From an uncultured delta proteobacterium (GTDB lineage: Bacteria > Myxococcota > Kuafuiibacteriia > Kuafuiibacteriales > Kuafuiibacteriaceae), in the NCBI GenBank assembly GCA_963803435.1, contig CAWDML010000003.1, positions 736,001-800,000 on the forward strand: a DNA stretch of 64,000 bases, given 5' to 3'. This document shows, one piece after another, positions 15,178 to 25,251 of the stretch. The notes under the pieces are model-generated. The model saw only the letters and a list, made by a program, of their open reading frames with translations. It was not told where the DNA came from and did not search any database. Position 1 is the stretch's first letter. Every line of letters starts with the position of its first letter. The position numbers were made by a program, and so were the translations under genes.

Positions 15178-15193
15178 TGGCCCCATGTTTGCT
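15178..15193 (+). promoter_or_regulatory. Sigma-54 -24/-12 promoter of the efflux operon
   Basis: TGGCCCCATGTTTGCT matches TGGC-N7-TTGCW with GG-N10-GC spacing. Confidence 0.7.
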
Positions 15194-15208
15194 CGAGGTG
15201 GGCCCGAG

Positions 15209-16474
15209 ATGAGCGCGATCGTGACCATGCTCCTGCTGACGGCGGCGCCGATGACCATGGACGCGGCCGTGGAGCGGGCGTTGAAAGTTGCGCCGGAGCT
15301 CTCGGCCCAGAGGCAGGCCGAGGAGGCGGCGTCCCGGCGGGTGGGAGAGGCGTTCTCGACCTACTGGCCGCGGCTCTCGGCCGAGGCGAGCTACCTGTTC
15401 AAGACACCGAAGAACGAGCTCCCCATCCAGCTCCCGCCCGAGCTGGGTCTCCCCGAGGTCGGCGACATCGACGATGTCCACCACTTCGCGGGCGGGCTCC
15501 ACATGGGTGTCCGCCTCTTCGATCTGTCCCGGGGTGCGCTGGTGGACGCCGCGGAGGCGAACGAGGAGGCGGAGAAGCACGGCACCGACGACGTCGCTGC
15601 GAAGCTCGCATATCGGGTGCGTGCCACCTACCTGGCGGCGCTGCTCGCCCGCGACCTGGAACGGATCGCGTCGGAGTCGTTGAAGGTGGCGCGCGAGGAG
15701 CAGGACAAGGCGGCGCTGGCCGCGGAGGTCGGCACCGGGACGCAGCTCGCGCTGGCGCAGGCGCGCGTGCACGTGTCCTCGCTGGCGGCGCAGGAGAAAC
15801 GGGCCAGCAACGAGCTCGAGCGCTACAGCGCGATCTTGAAGAGCTTGCTCGCGCTGGAGTCGTCCCCGGCGCTCGAGGGTGAGCTGGAGAAGCTCGCGGG
15901 ACCGGTCGCAGGGATCGAGCTGTCGGCCCAGCCGGAGCTCCTGAAGCTGAAGGCCTCGCAGGTCGCCGCCGAGAACGCGGCCACGGCGCGGGCGCGCTCG
16001 CTGGTGCCGACGCTGTCGGCGCAGGCGTCGGTGGAGCTCCAGTACCCCCGGGCGCTCAAGCTCGAGTGGGGACCGGTCTACCAGGTCGGGGTGATGCTCT
16101 CGTGGCCGTTCTTCGACGGGCTGGCCCGCGAGAACGCGGTGGCGGCACAGGAAGCGACGGCGGCCCAGCTAGGCAAGCTGTCGGAGGCGAAACAACAGGA
16201 CAACGAGCGACGCTTGATCGAGCTCGAGGCGCGCGCGCGGACCGCCGAGGCGGACATCGCCAGCGCGAAGCAGACGCTCACCGAGACCGAGATCTATCTG
16301 CGGGTTGCGCGGGCGGCGCTGGAGGCGGGTACCGGAACGGAGCTCGACGTCCACAATGCGGAGCTCGGGATCGATCAGGCGAGGACGGCGGTGCAGCGGG
16401 CGCTGTTCGATTCAGCGATGGTTCGGGCCGAGGCCCTGATGGTCTACGGCGTGGCTGAGGAGAAGAAGGGATGA
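15209..16474 (+). CDS. TolC-family outer membrane efflux protein (start may be 15221 or 15227)
   Basis: Two OEP repeats (YWPRLSAEASY; VGVMLSWPFFDG; AGTGTELDV); first gene of a HlyD/ABC operon. Confidence 0.88.
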   Translation: MSAIVTMLLLTAAPMTMDAAVERALKVAPELSAQRQAEEAASRRVGEAFSTYWPRLSAEASYLFKTPKNELPIQLPPELGLPEVGDIDDVHHFAGGLHMGVRLFDLSRGALVDAAEANEEAEKHGTDDVAAKLAYRVRATYLAALLARDLERIASESLKVAREEQDKAALAAEVGTGTQLALAQARVHVSSLAAQEKRASNELERYSAILKSLLALESSPALEGELEKLAGPVAGIELSAQPELLKLKASQVAAENAATARARSLVPTLSAQASVELQYPRALKLEWGPVYQVGVMLSWPFFDGLARENAVAAQEATAAQLGKLSEAKQQDNERRLIELEARARTAEADIASAKQTLTETEIYLRVARAALEAGTGTELDVHNAELGIDQARTAVQRALFDSAMVRAEALMVYGVAEEKKG

Positions 16475-17514
16475 AGCGGATCATCATCGTCTTCGCGGGC
16501 TTGATCGTGGCCCTCTCGATCCTTCTCGGGATCAAGGTGCACGAGATGAACGCGGAGCAGGACAAACCGGCGGGCGGCAGCGCGGTGATCGAGGGTGTCG
16601 AGGCCGACGTGACCTCCCGGCTGGCCGCGCGCATCGAGCGCATCGAAGTGAAGGAGGGCGTGGTGGTGAAGGAGGGCGACGTCATGGTGGTCCTCGAGTG
16701 CGCCGAGCAGGAGGCGCTGCTCGAGGGGGCCCGGGCTCGGCTGGCGGCGGCCCAGCACCAGGCGGAGGCAGCGCGCGCGCAGGTGGAGGCGTCCCTCGGC
16801 TCGGCGAACGCGGCAGCGGCGGGCGTAGGGGCGGCAGGCGCTCAGCGGCAGGCGCTCAAGAGCAATCAGGCGGTGACCGAGCGGCAGGTGAAGCGGATCG
16901 ATCGCCTGGCGGGCGAGGGCGGTGCCACCGCCAGCGATCTGGATCGCGCCGCCGCGCAGGCGGACCAGCTCGGCAAGCAGCTCGAAGCCCTCGACGAGCA
17001 GATCAACGCCGCGCGCGGACAGGCCAGGGCAGCCCGGGCGCAGGCGGAGGCGGCCAAGGCGCAGGCGGAGGCGGCGGTCGATGCGATCAGCGTGGCCCAG
17101 GCCGAGGTTCGCCGGGCGCAGGCGCTGGTCGACGAGTGCACCATCGAGGCGCCGATCAGCGGCTACGTGGAGACGCGCGCGTTCGAGCCGAACGAGGTGG
17201 TGCTTCCCGGAACCAAGATCCTCACGCTGGTGCGGATCGATCGTGTGGAGGCGACGTTCTATCTCCCCAACCGCGAGCTGGCGGCGGCCAAGCCCGGTCT
17301 GCCGGTCACGGCGGTGGCCGACGCGTATCCCGGGCGCACCTTCAACGGAACCGTCGAGCGCGTGTCGGCGGAGGCTGAGTTCACGCCGCGCAACGTCCAA
17401 ACGCGACAGGATCGGGATCGCCTGGTCTACGCGGTGACCGTCGCGTTCGACAACCCGGGCGAGGAGCTCCGTCCGGGGATGCCGATCGAGGTGACGGTGG
17501 GAGGTCGGCCGTGA
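16471..17514 (+). CDS. HlyD/YbhG-like membrane fusion protein
   Basis: N-terminal TM, lipoyl half-motifs, coiled coil, AEFTPRNVQT..R.RLVY, LRPGMP. Confidence 0.92.
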   Translation: MKRIIIVFAGLIVALSILLGIKVHEMNAEQDKPAGGSAVIEGVEADVTSRLAARIERIEVKEGVVVKEGDVMVVLECAEQEALLEGARARLAAAQHQAEAARAQVEASLGSANAAAAGVGAAGAQRQALKSNQAVTERQVKRIDRLAGEGGATASDLDRAAAQADQLGKQLEALDEQINAARGQARAARAQAEAAKAQAEAAVDAISVAQAEVRRAQALVDECTIEAPISGYVETRAFEPNEVVLPGTKILTLVRIDRVEATFYLPNRELAAAKPGLPVTAVADAYPGRTFNGTVERVSAEAEFTPRNVQTRQDRDRLVYAVTVAFDNPGEELRPGMPIEVTVGGRP

Positions 17515-18419
17515 GCGAGCCGGTCCTCGAGGCCCTCGATCTGGTGCGCAGCTTCGGCAAGGTGCGCGCGCTCGACGGGCTCACGCTCCGCGTGCACCCC
17601 GGCGAGATGTACGGGCTGATCGGTCCAGACGGCGCCGGCAAGACCACCGCGCTGCGCATCCTCGCCGGCGTGATGGGTGCCGACACCGGCCGCGCCCGGA
17701 TCCGCGGCATCGATCCGTTGACCGGGGGCGCCGAGGTGAGGACCTCGCTCGGCTACATGCCGCAGCAGTACAGCCTCTACGGCGATCTCTCGGTGGACGA
17801 GAACCTCTCGTTCTTCGCCCACATGTTCTGTCTGTCGCGGGCCGAGCTCGCAGAGCGGCGCGCGCGCCTGCTCTCGATCACCCGGCTCGAGCGATTCACC
17901 GACCGCCGCGCCGACGCGCTCTCGGGCGGGATGTACAAGAAGCTGGCGCTCGCCTGCGCGCTGCTCCCGCGGCCGAGCGTGCTGATCCTCGACGAGCCTA
18001 CCAACGGCGTCGATCCGGTGAGCCGCCGCGAGCTGTGGGCGCTCCTGTACGAGCTGGCCGGCGAGGGGATCGGGATCCTGATCTCGACCGCGTACATGGA
18101 CGAGGCGGCGCGCTGCCACCGGGTCGGCCTGATCCACGGCGGCCGACTGCTCCTCGAGGGCAAGCCGGGCGATCTGATCGAGCGCTTTCCGCACCCGACG
18201 TTCTCGGTGGTCGGCGGCGATCCGACGCGGCTCGAGCATCTCCTCGCCGAGCGCCCCGAGGTGTTGGCGCAGACGATCTATCATGCGCGCTTCCGGATCG
18301 TGGTCCGCCGCGGCGAGGAGCAGGCGGTGCAGGCGCTGGTGGCGCGCGAGGGTGCGAAGCTGGTCCCGGCCCGGCCCGACTTCGAGGACCTGTTCCTCGC
18401 CAGCCAGGAGGCGGCATGA
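17511..18419 (+). CDS. ABC transporter ATP-binding protein
   Basis: GPDGAGKTT, LSGGM, ILDEPTNGVDP. Confidence 0.95.
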   Translation: MSEPVLEALDLVRSFGKVRALDGLTLRVHPGEMYGLIGPDGAGKTTALRILAGVMGADTGRARIRGIDPLTGGAEVRTSLGYMPQQYSLYGDLSVDENLSFFAHMFCLSRAELAERRARLLSITRLERFTDRRADALSGGMYKKLALACALLPRPSVLILDEPTNGVDPVSRRELWALLYELAGEGIGILISTAYMDEAARCHRVGLIHGGRLLLEGKPGDLIERFPHPTFSVVGGDPTRLEHLLAERPEVLAQTIYHARFRIVVRRGEEQAVQALVAREGAKLVPARPDFEDLFLASQEAA

Positions 18420-19344
18420 ACGTCATCGAGGTCCGCGACCTGTCGAGGCGGTTCGGCGAGTTCGTCGCTGTCGACGCGTGAGCTTCGAGGTGGAGCGCGG
18501 CGAGGTCTTCGGCTACCTGGGCGCCAACGGCGCCGGCAAGAGCACGACGATCCGCATGCTCTGCGGGCTCCTCGCGCCCAGCTCGGGCGCGGCCTTCGTG
18601 GCCGGCGTCGACGTGGCCCATTCGCCCGAGAACGTGAAGCGATCGATCGGCTACATGTCGCAGAAGTTCTCGCTCTACCTGGACCTCCCGGTGGTCTACA
18701 ACCTCGAGTTCTTCGGCGGCGCCTACGGCCTCACGGGCGTCCGGCTGGAGCGGCGCATCGACGACGTGCTGGCGCGCGTCGGCCTCGAGGCCCAGCGCGA
18801 GGTCCGCACCGGCGATCTGCCCGGCGGGATCCGGCAGCGGCTCGCGCTCGCCTCGGCGCTGCTGCACGAGCCGAGCATCGTGTTCCTCGACGAGCCGACC
18901 GCCGGCGTCGATCCGGGGGCGCGCCGGAACTTCTGGCGCCTGATCCGTGAGCTGTCCGCGGCCGGAACCACGATCTTCGTGACCACCCACTACATGGACG
19001 AGGCCGAGTACTGCCATCGCATCGGGCTGATGGTCGACGGCCGGCTGGTGGCGCTCGACACGCCCGCGGGCCTCAAGAAGGCGCACGTCCCCGGCAAGGT
19101 GCTCGCGCTCGAGGGAGACGACGTGGAGAAGGGCCGCCAGACGGCGAGCCAGGTCGAGGGCGTGTTCGACGCGCAGCCGTTCGGATCCGCGCTCCACGTC
19201 CGCATCGATCCCGAGCGCCTGACCGCCGAGACGCTGGCGCGGGCGTTGTCCGAGAAGGGGCTCTCCTTCCGGAGCGAGGAGATCGAGCCGACGCTGGAGG
19301 ACGTGTTCCTCGCGGTGGTGGAGACGGGCGGGGTGCAGAGATGA
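18416..19344 (+). CDS. ABC transporter ATP-binding protein, one base missing near 18476
   Basis: MNVIEVRDLSRRFGEFVAVD continues in another frame as VSFEVERGEVFGYLGANGAGKST; FLDEPTAGVDP; ATGA coupling at both ends. Confidence 0.9.
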
Positions 19345-20462
19345 GAGCCTTCCTCACGCACGTGGGGGCGCTGGCCCACAAGGAGGCGCTCCACATGCTC
19401 CGCGACCGGCAGGTCATCTACATGGCGCTCGGCATGCCGCTCGTGCTGGTCCTGCTGTTCGGGTACGCCGTCAGCTTCGACGTCGGTGAGGTGCCGATCG
19501 CGGTGGTCGATCAGGACGGGAGCGCACAGTCGCGCGCGTTTCTGGTCGGGCTCGAGGCCGGCGACGCCTTCCACGTGGTGGAGCAGCTCGACGATCCAAC
19601 CGCGATCGAGCCGCTCTTCGTCCGAGGCCAGGTGAAGGCCGGCGTCATCGTTCCAGCGGGCTTCGCCCGCCACCTGGCCCGCGCCGAGAACGCGCCCGTC
19701 CAGGTGGTGATCGACGGTGCCGACGGCACGAGCGCCCGGATCGTCAACGCGTACGCCACCGCGATCGGCCAGGCCAAGACGCTATCGCTGGTCTCCGCCG
19801 GCGCAGAGGTGAGCCTCCCGCTCGAGGCCCGGATCCGCACCTGGTTCAACCCGACCATGAAGTCGGCGTTGTTCGTGGTGCCCGGGCTGGTCGGTGTTGT
19901 CCTGGCGATCCTCGCCGTGCTCCTGTCGGCGCTGACCGTCGCGCGCGAGTGGGAGCGCGGATCGATGGAGCAGCTCTTCGCCACACCGGTCGACCGCCTG
20001 AGCGTGGTGCTCGGCAAGGTGGCGCCCTACGTGGCGATGGGAATGCTCCAGTTCCTCCTGGTGCTGGTCGCCGGCGCCTGGCTATTCGACGTTCCGGTGC
20101 ACGGCAGCTTCCCGCTGTTGCTCGTCGCCGTGGCGCTGTTCCTGATCTGTGTGCTCGGTCAGGGGCTCCTGATCAGCATGGTGACGAAGAGCCAGCAGGT
20201 GGCGGTGCAGGTCGGCGCCATCAGCGCGATCCTGCCCTCGCTCCTCCTGTCCGGGTTCCTCTTCCCGATCTCGAACATGCCGCTTCCGCTCCGGGTGGTC
20301 GCCCGCATCGTGCCGGCGCGGTACCTGATCGTGTGCCTCCGGGGTGCGCTCCTCCAGGGGCGCGGCTTCGCCGAGCTGTGGCCGCAGCTGGTGGGGCTAG
20401 CGGTGCTCGGCCTGGCCATCATCACCGGAACGACCCAGAAGTTCCGCCGGAGGCTCGACTGA
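19341..20462 (+). CDS. ABC-2 permease (YbhS-like)
   Basis: KEALHMLRD, AREWERGSMEQL, LSGFLFPISNMP. Confidence 0.93.
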   Translation: MRAFLTHVGALAHKEALHMLRDRQVIYMALGMPLVLVLLFGYAVSFDVGEVPIAVVDQDGSAQSRAFLVGLEAGDAFHVVEQLDDPTAIEPLFVRGQVKAGVIVPAGFARHLARAENAPVQVVIDGADGTSARIVNAYATAIGQAKTLSLVSAGAEVSLPLEARIRTWFNPTMKSALFVVPGLVGVVLAILAVLLSALTVAREWERGSMEQLFATPVDRLSVVLGKVAPYVAMGMLQFLLVLVAGAWLFDVPVHGSFPLLLVAVALFLICVLGQGLLISMVTKSQQVAVQVGAISAILPSLLLSGFLFPISNMPLPLRVVARIVPARYLIVCLRGALLQGRGFAELWPQLVGLAVLGLAIITGTTQKFRRRLD

Positions 20463-21592
20463 TGCGCACTCAGCTCATGGCCGTGGTCAAGAAGGAGCTC
20501 AGGCAGACGGTGCGGGACAAGCGCATGCTGTCGATGCTCCTGATCGCGCCGGTCCTCCAGCTCACGCTGCTCGGCTTCGCGGTCGATCTCGACGTCGACC
20601 ACATCCAGACGGCGATCGTGGATCAGGATCGGACCCGGACGAGCCGCCAGCTGATCGAGGGGATGGTCGCGGATCCCACGCTCGACGTGGTCATGACGAC
20701 AGAGGATCCCGATCTCCCGCTCACCACCGGCGATGCGATCGTGGTGCTGGTGCTGCCGCCGGGGTTCACGCGGGATCTGGAGCACGGCCGCCCCGCACAG
20801 ATGCAGGTGCTGGTCGACGGCACCAACCCGATCGAGGCGCAGGCCGCGGTCGACGCGACCCGGCGCTATCTCCAGCAGGCGGCCCTCGAACGCACCGAGC
20901 AGCGGCTCTCGACGCAGGGCGCGCTGCTGGGGAGGGCGCCGCGGTTCGCCTCGGTCGAGGTCCAGCCGCGCATCCTCTACAACCCGTCGATGAAGAGCCC
21001 CATTTACATGGTGCCGGGCGTGGCCGCGGTGGTGCTGTTGATCGTCACGACGATCGTGACGGCGATGGGCATCGCCCGGGAGCGCGAGCTCGGCACCATC
21101 GAGCAGCTCCTGGTCACGCCCATGCCGCCGAGCGTGCTGCTCATCGGAAAGGTGCTCCCCTTCGCTGGCATCGGGCTCATCACCGCCGGGATGGTGATCG
21201 GCGTGGGCACCAACGTGTTCTCGGTCCCGGTCCGCGGATCGCTGGCGGTCCTCCTGGTGGGGACGCTGCTCTACCTGATGAGCACGCTCGGCACCGGCGT
21301 CTTCATCAGCACGATGGCGCGCACGCAGCAGCAGGCGATCCTGGGCGGTTTCTTCTTCCTGATGCCCGCGATCCTGCTGTCGGGGTTCATGAGCCCGATC
21401 GACAACATGCCGGAGTGGATCAAGCCGCTCACCTGGCTCGATCCGGTGCGGTACTTCGTCGAGATCCTACGGGCGGTGTTGCTCAAGGGGGCCGGCTTCA
21501 GGGACGTCGCGCTCCAGCTGACGGCGCTCCTGGTCTTCGGCGTCGTGATCCTGACCGCCGGATCGCTACGGTTCCGAAAACGGTTGGCCTGA
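20462..21592 (+). CDS. ABC-2 permease (YbhR-like)
   Basis: MRTQLMAVVKKELRQ, ARERELGTIEQLLVTP, LSGFMSPIDNMP; TGATG coupling. Confidence 0.93.
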   Translation: MRTQLMAVVKKELRQTVRDKRMLSMLLIAPVLQLTLLGFAVDLDVDHIQTAIVDQDRTRTSRQLIEGMVADPTLDVVMTTEDPDLPLTTGDAIVVLVLPPGFTRDLEHGRPAQMQVLVDGTNPIEAQAAVDATRRYLQQAALERTEQRLSTQGALLGRAPRFASVEVQPRILYNPSMKSPIYMVPGVAAVVLLIVTTIVTAMGIARERELGTIEQLLVTPMPPSVLLIGKVLPFAGIGLITAGMVIGVGTNVFSVPVRGSLAVLLVGTLLYLMSTLGTGVFISTMARTQQQAILGGFFFLMPAILLSGFMSPIDNMPEWIKPLTWLDPVRYFVEILRAVLLKGAGFRDVALQLTALLVFGVVILTAGSLRFRKRLA

Positions 21593-22330
21593 GGTTCCCG
21601 CCGGCACCCGGCGACCGCCGGTCGCCTCGTTGAGCCGCTGCATCCAGAGCGCGTGCATGTCGGGGGTCACCGTGTGGGCGACGCCCTGGAACGTCTGAAG
21701 AGTGGCATCGAAGCCGACGGCCACCAGGTGCGCGCATCCCTGGCGGTCGAGCCCGACGGGGACGATCGGATCGGCGGTGCCGTGGAGCGCCCGGATGAGG
21801 GGCGGCCGCGCCGGTCTTTCCTCGGGCCACAAGGGCGGTGGCAGCCAGCCGCTGATCGGGACGGCGGCGAGCACGTGCTCGGGATGGATCGCAGCGACGG
21901 CGTAGCTCAGCATGCCGCCCTGCGAGAAGCCGGTGATCACGGGGCGCACGCCGTGTTGCTCGAACAGCTCCACCAGCAGCCGATCGACGGGCTCGGAGGC
22001 GCGGGCGATCTGGCGCGAGATGACGTCGACGTTGCCCTCGCGGGTGCGGGCGCTGAACCAGCGGAATCCGCCGAGGCCGTCGGGGGCCGGCGCTCGCGGG
22101 ATGATCACGCGGGCGGGCACGGACCATCCCTCGAAGACGTGGACGAACGACGCGGGCCGGTCGCCCAGGCCGTGGAGCGCGACGATGATGGGGAGGCGGT
22201 CCTCGGTTTGGGCTCCGCCGGTGAGGATCTCGAACCGCTCGAGTGTGACGGGTTGGGACGGATCGGCGATCCGCTGGGTTGTGCAGGCGAGGGGAGCCAT
22301 GAGCGCGAACGCGCACCACGGGAAACGCAC
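21566..22330 (-). CDS. Phospholipase/carboxylesterase (alpha/beta hydrolase), probable lipoprotein
   Basis: ALHGLG, GFSQGG nucleophile, HGTADPIV, GVAH; PLAC lipobox-like. Confidence 0.87.
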   Translation of the reverse strand: MRFPWCAFALMAPLACTTQRIADPSQPVTLERFEILTGGAQTEDRLPIIVALHGLGDRPASFVHVFEGWSVPARVIIPRAPAPDGLGGFRWFSARTREGNVDVISRQIARASEPVDRLLVELFEQHGVRPVITGFSQGGMLSYAVAAIHPEHVLAAVPISGWLPPPLWPEERPARPPLIRALHGTADPIVPVGLDRQGCAHLVAVGFDATLQTFQGVAHTVTPDMHALWMQRLNEATGGRRVPAGTSGQPFSEP

Positions 22331-22397
22331 GCGCGCAGGCTCGCCGCGGGCGTCTTTATTTGCAAGCCGCCCGCGCCCAGGGGAAGAATTCGAGTCG

Positions 22398-24005
22398 ATG
22401 ACGGGCGACAAGAGCCTCGCGCCCGACACGCTCCTCGACGATCCGGTCCATGCTCATGACGCGCTGCAGGCGCTGCTCGACACCTCGCCGAACGTGATCC
22501 TGCTCGTCGACCTCGAAGACAAGGTGCGTGGGGCCAACGATGCGCTGGCACATTTCTTCGAGATCAAGCCCGCCGATGCCGTGGGAATGCCGCTCGACGA
22601 GCTGTTCGAACGGCTGGCGCGGCACACGGACGAGGAGCCACGCTTCCGCGAGATCGTCGAGCGGATCCGCAAGCACCGGACGCCCGGAGCTCTGAGTCAC
22701 CCCTTCAACCTCCGCGACTTCACGTTCCACCTGGTGGAGCCGTTCGACGCGCAGCTGCACGTCTACGGGGGGCCGATCCACGATCAGGGCGGGACGGTGA
22801 TCGGCCAGATCTGGACGCTGGGCGACGTCACCGAGATCCAGCGCTCGGAAGCGCAGCTGCGCACGCTGGCAGAGGTCTCCCCGATCCCGTTGATCATCAC
22901 GCGGGCCGACGACGGGAACATCGTCTACTGCAACCAACCGCTCGCCTCGATCGTCGGTATGCGCGCCCAGGAGATGATCGGTCGCGTCTCACCCGACTTC
23001 TACTGGGATCCCGAGGATCGCAAGAAGGTGCTGGCCGGCCTCTCGACCCTCGGCTCCGTCGAGGGCCTCGAGGTCCGCCTGCGGCGCGCCGACGGCAGCC
23101 TCCGCTGGGCGCTGTTCTCGCTGACCACCACCACGCTGATGGGCGAGCGCGTGGTGATCGGCGGCCTCTACGACATCACGGATCGAAAGGCCGCCGAGGA
23201 GGCGCTCCGCCAGGTGCTCCAGGATCTCGAGCGCACGCAGGCGCAGTTGGTGCAGTCGGAGAAGATGGCGTCGCTCGGGATGCTGGTGGCGGGCATCGCG
23301 CACGAGATCAACACACCGATCGGCGCCATCAGCAGCATGCACGACACGCTGATCAAGGCGATCGATCGACTCAAGAGCGTGCTCGCCGACGAGCTCGGCG
23401 AGGCATTCACGGCCAATCCGAAGATCATCCAGACGCTCAAGATCATCGAGGACTCGAACCGCGTGATCAGCGACGGCTCGTCCCGGGTGACGAACATCGT
23501 CAAACGCCTCAAGAGCTTCGCGCGCCTCGACGAGGCGGCGCTGAAGGACGCCGACGTCAACGAGGGCCTCATCGACACGCTCACGTTGATCCAGCACGAG
23601 CTCAAGCATGCGATCACCGTGGTGCGCGACCTGGGTGCCCTGCCGCCCATCGCGTGCTATCCGGGCCGCCTCAACCAGGTGTTTCTCAACATCCTGATGA
23701 ACGCACGGCAGGCGATCAGCGGAAGCGGTGAGATCCGCATCCAGACCCGCCTGGAGGGCAAGACCGTGCGCGTCGCGATCAGCGACAGCGGCGCCGGCAT
23801 CCCCGCGAAGAACCTGGCGCGGATCTTCGATCCGGGCTTCACGACCAAAGGCGTCGGCGTCGGCACCGGGCTCGGGCTCTCGATCTGCTACCAGATCGTC
23901 CAGGAGCACCACGGGCGGATCTCGGTCGCGAGCGAGCTGGGAAAGGGCACCACGTTCACCATCGAGATCCCGTCCAACCTCGAGGAGCTGGTCGAGCGCA
24001 CCTGA
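22398..24005 (+). CDS. Cytoplasmic PAS-PAS histidine kinase (NtrB-like), orphan
   Basis: Two PAS/PAC segments; QLVQSEKMASLG, AHEINTP, NILMNA, FTTKGVGVGTGLGL. Confidence 0.93.
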   Translation: MTGDKSLAPDTLLDDPVHAHDALQALLDTSPNVILLVDLEDKVRGANDALAHFFEIKPADAVGMPLDELFERLARHTDEEPRFREIVERIRKHRTPGALSHPFNLRDFTFHLVEPFDAQLHVYGGPIHDQGGTVIGQIWTLGDVTEIQRSEAQLRTLAEVSPIPLIITRADDGNIVYCNQPLASIVGMRAQEMIGRVSPDFYWDPEDRKKVLAGLSTLGSVEGLEVRLRRADGSLRWALFSLTTTTLMGERVVIGGLYDITDRKAAEEALRQVLQDLERTQAQLVQSEKMASLGMLVAGIAHEINTPIGAISSMHDTLIKAIDRLKSVLADELGEAFTANPKIIQTLKIIEDSNRVISDGSSRVTNIVKRLKSFARLDEAALKDADVNEGLIDTLTLIQHELKHAITVVRDLGALPPIACYPGRLNQVFLNILMNARQAISGSGEIRIQTRLEGKTVRVAISDSGAGIPAKNLARIFDPGFTTKGVGVGTGLGLSICYQIVQEHHGRISVASELGKGTTFTIEIPSNLEELVERT

Positions 24006-24058
24006 GAACCGGTCCTAAACCGTTCCGTTCGCTATTTTGTGTTGCACTTGCTCTGGCA
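24006..24058 (+). mobile_element. Solo left end of the MITE-like element also present at 30335
   Basis: GAACCGGTC...GTTCCGTTCGCTATT..TGTTGCACTTG.TCTGGCA is near-identical to 30335-30380; directly follows the TGA stop. Confidence 0.65.
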
Positions 24059-24112
24059 CAGATTTATCGGCCATCGAGGACCTCTCAAGAACTCGTCAGC
24101 ACTCTCCTTTGC

Positions 24113-25201
24113 TCAGTACAGGACGTTCTCGAACATGACCCGCCTCGCCTCCTGGAAGGCCTCGGCGCGCGGGCTGTCGGCGGCGCGGGCGAAGAACGCG
24201 TTGAAGGCGTCGGGATTGGCGCGGCCGGTCGTACCGAGATAGGAGGCGATCGCGTACGGATCGAGCGTGCCGCCCGAGCCGGTCAGGAGGCGCTCGTCGA
24301 GCGTGGCGATGGCGCCGGGATCGAGCGGGAACATGCCGAGATAACCGATCGCGCCCAGGTCGCCCCGTTCGAGCTGGGTCCCGAAGACCGCCACCGGATC
24401 GAGGGTGGAGAGCGTCTCTGAGTCGATCTGGGAGAGGAGGCGGCGAGCCTCGCGGCCGTCGGTCACGCCGAGGCTGACCCGATCGACCGCCTCGTCGGCC
24501 GTGAGCTCGGGGGCCCACATGTCGAGGTCGCGCTCGAGGTTGCCGAGCTGCCGGGAGACCGACTCGGGGAGCTGGTCGGCGGGGAGCTCGAGGATCGCCT
24601 GGGCGTGGCCCCGCAATACCTCGAGCTGATCGTCGGAGCTGGCGCCGGGCAACAGCGTGGCGATGCCCTGGGTGAGGAGCTCCAGCGTCGCTGGATCGAA
24701 GTCGGCGAAGCGGTTCGGATCGGCGGCCATGGTGGCGTAGGCGGTGTCGGTCACCTCGAGCATCTCGGACTCGTGCTCGATGAAGAAGCGGAGCCAGGGA
24801 TAGAGCTGGCGTGTCGCGTTCGCCCCGTTGCCGATCTGGTGGAGCAGTGCCTGCTTCTTCATGATCTCGCGGTCGAAGGTGTCGAGGAGCTCGAGGTAGC
24901 CGTCGGGCCCCTCGCGGAGCTTCTGCTCGGCGTAGGCCATCATCCGGCGCGTAACCTCGTCGAGGTTCTTCGGCTCGCCGAGGTGGAAGGTCTGCGCCTT
25001 GCCGGCGGGTGCGGCGGTCGGGCTCGGCTCACGAGGTCGCCAGCGCGCCACCAGGCTGGTGTGCGCGTGCGCCGGCGGAGGGATGGAGCAGGAGGGCGCT
25101 TCGGGCTCCACGATCTCGCGTGTGGGGACCGGCACGGTCTTGCGTCCGATCACGAAGGCGACCGTGAGAGAACCGAGCCAGCCCCAGTGCGTCCATCTCA
25201 T
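24113..25201 (-). CDS. Hypothetical protein with N-terminal membrane anchor, alpha-helical
   Basis: Typical amino-acid composition from MRWTHWGWLG onward; no motif recognised. Confidence 0.65.
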   Translation of the reverse strand: MRWTHWGWLGSLTVAFVIGRKTVPVPTREIVEPEAPSCSIPPPAHAHTSLVARWRPREPSPTAAPAGKAQTFHLGEPKNLDEVTRRMMAYAEQKLREGPDGYLELLDTFDREIMKKQALLHQIGNGANATRQLYPWLRFFIEHESEMLEVTDTAYATMAADPNRFADFDPATLELLTQGIATLLPGASSDDQLEVLRGHAQAILELPADQLPESVSRQLGNLERDLDMWAPELTADEAVDRVSLGVTDGREARRLLSQIDSETLSTLDPVAVFGTQLERGDLGAIGYLGMFPLDPGAIATLDERLLTGSGGTLDPYAIASYLGTTGRANPDAFNAFFARAADSPRAEAFQEARRVMFENVLY

Positions 25202-25251
25202 GCGGTCTCTCAACGTGCGAGAGACCGCTTCGGCGTTCCGTGAGTTCCGCC

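Noticed and set aside
18460-18490. Programmed frameshift or true pseudogene in the ABC ATPase
   Set aside because: No slippery heptamer and the operon is otherwise intact; best explained as a sequencing indel.
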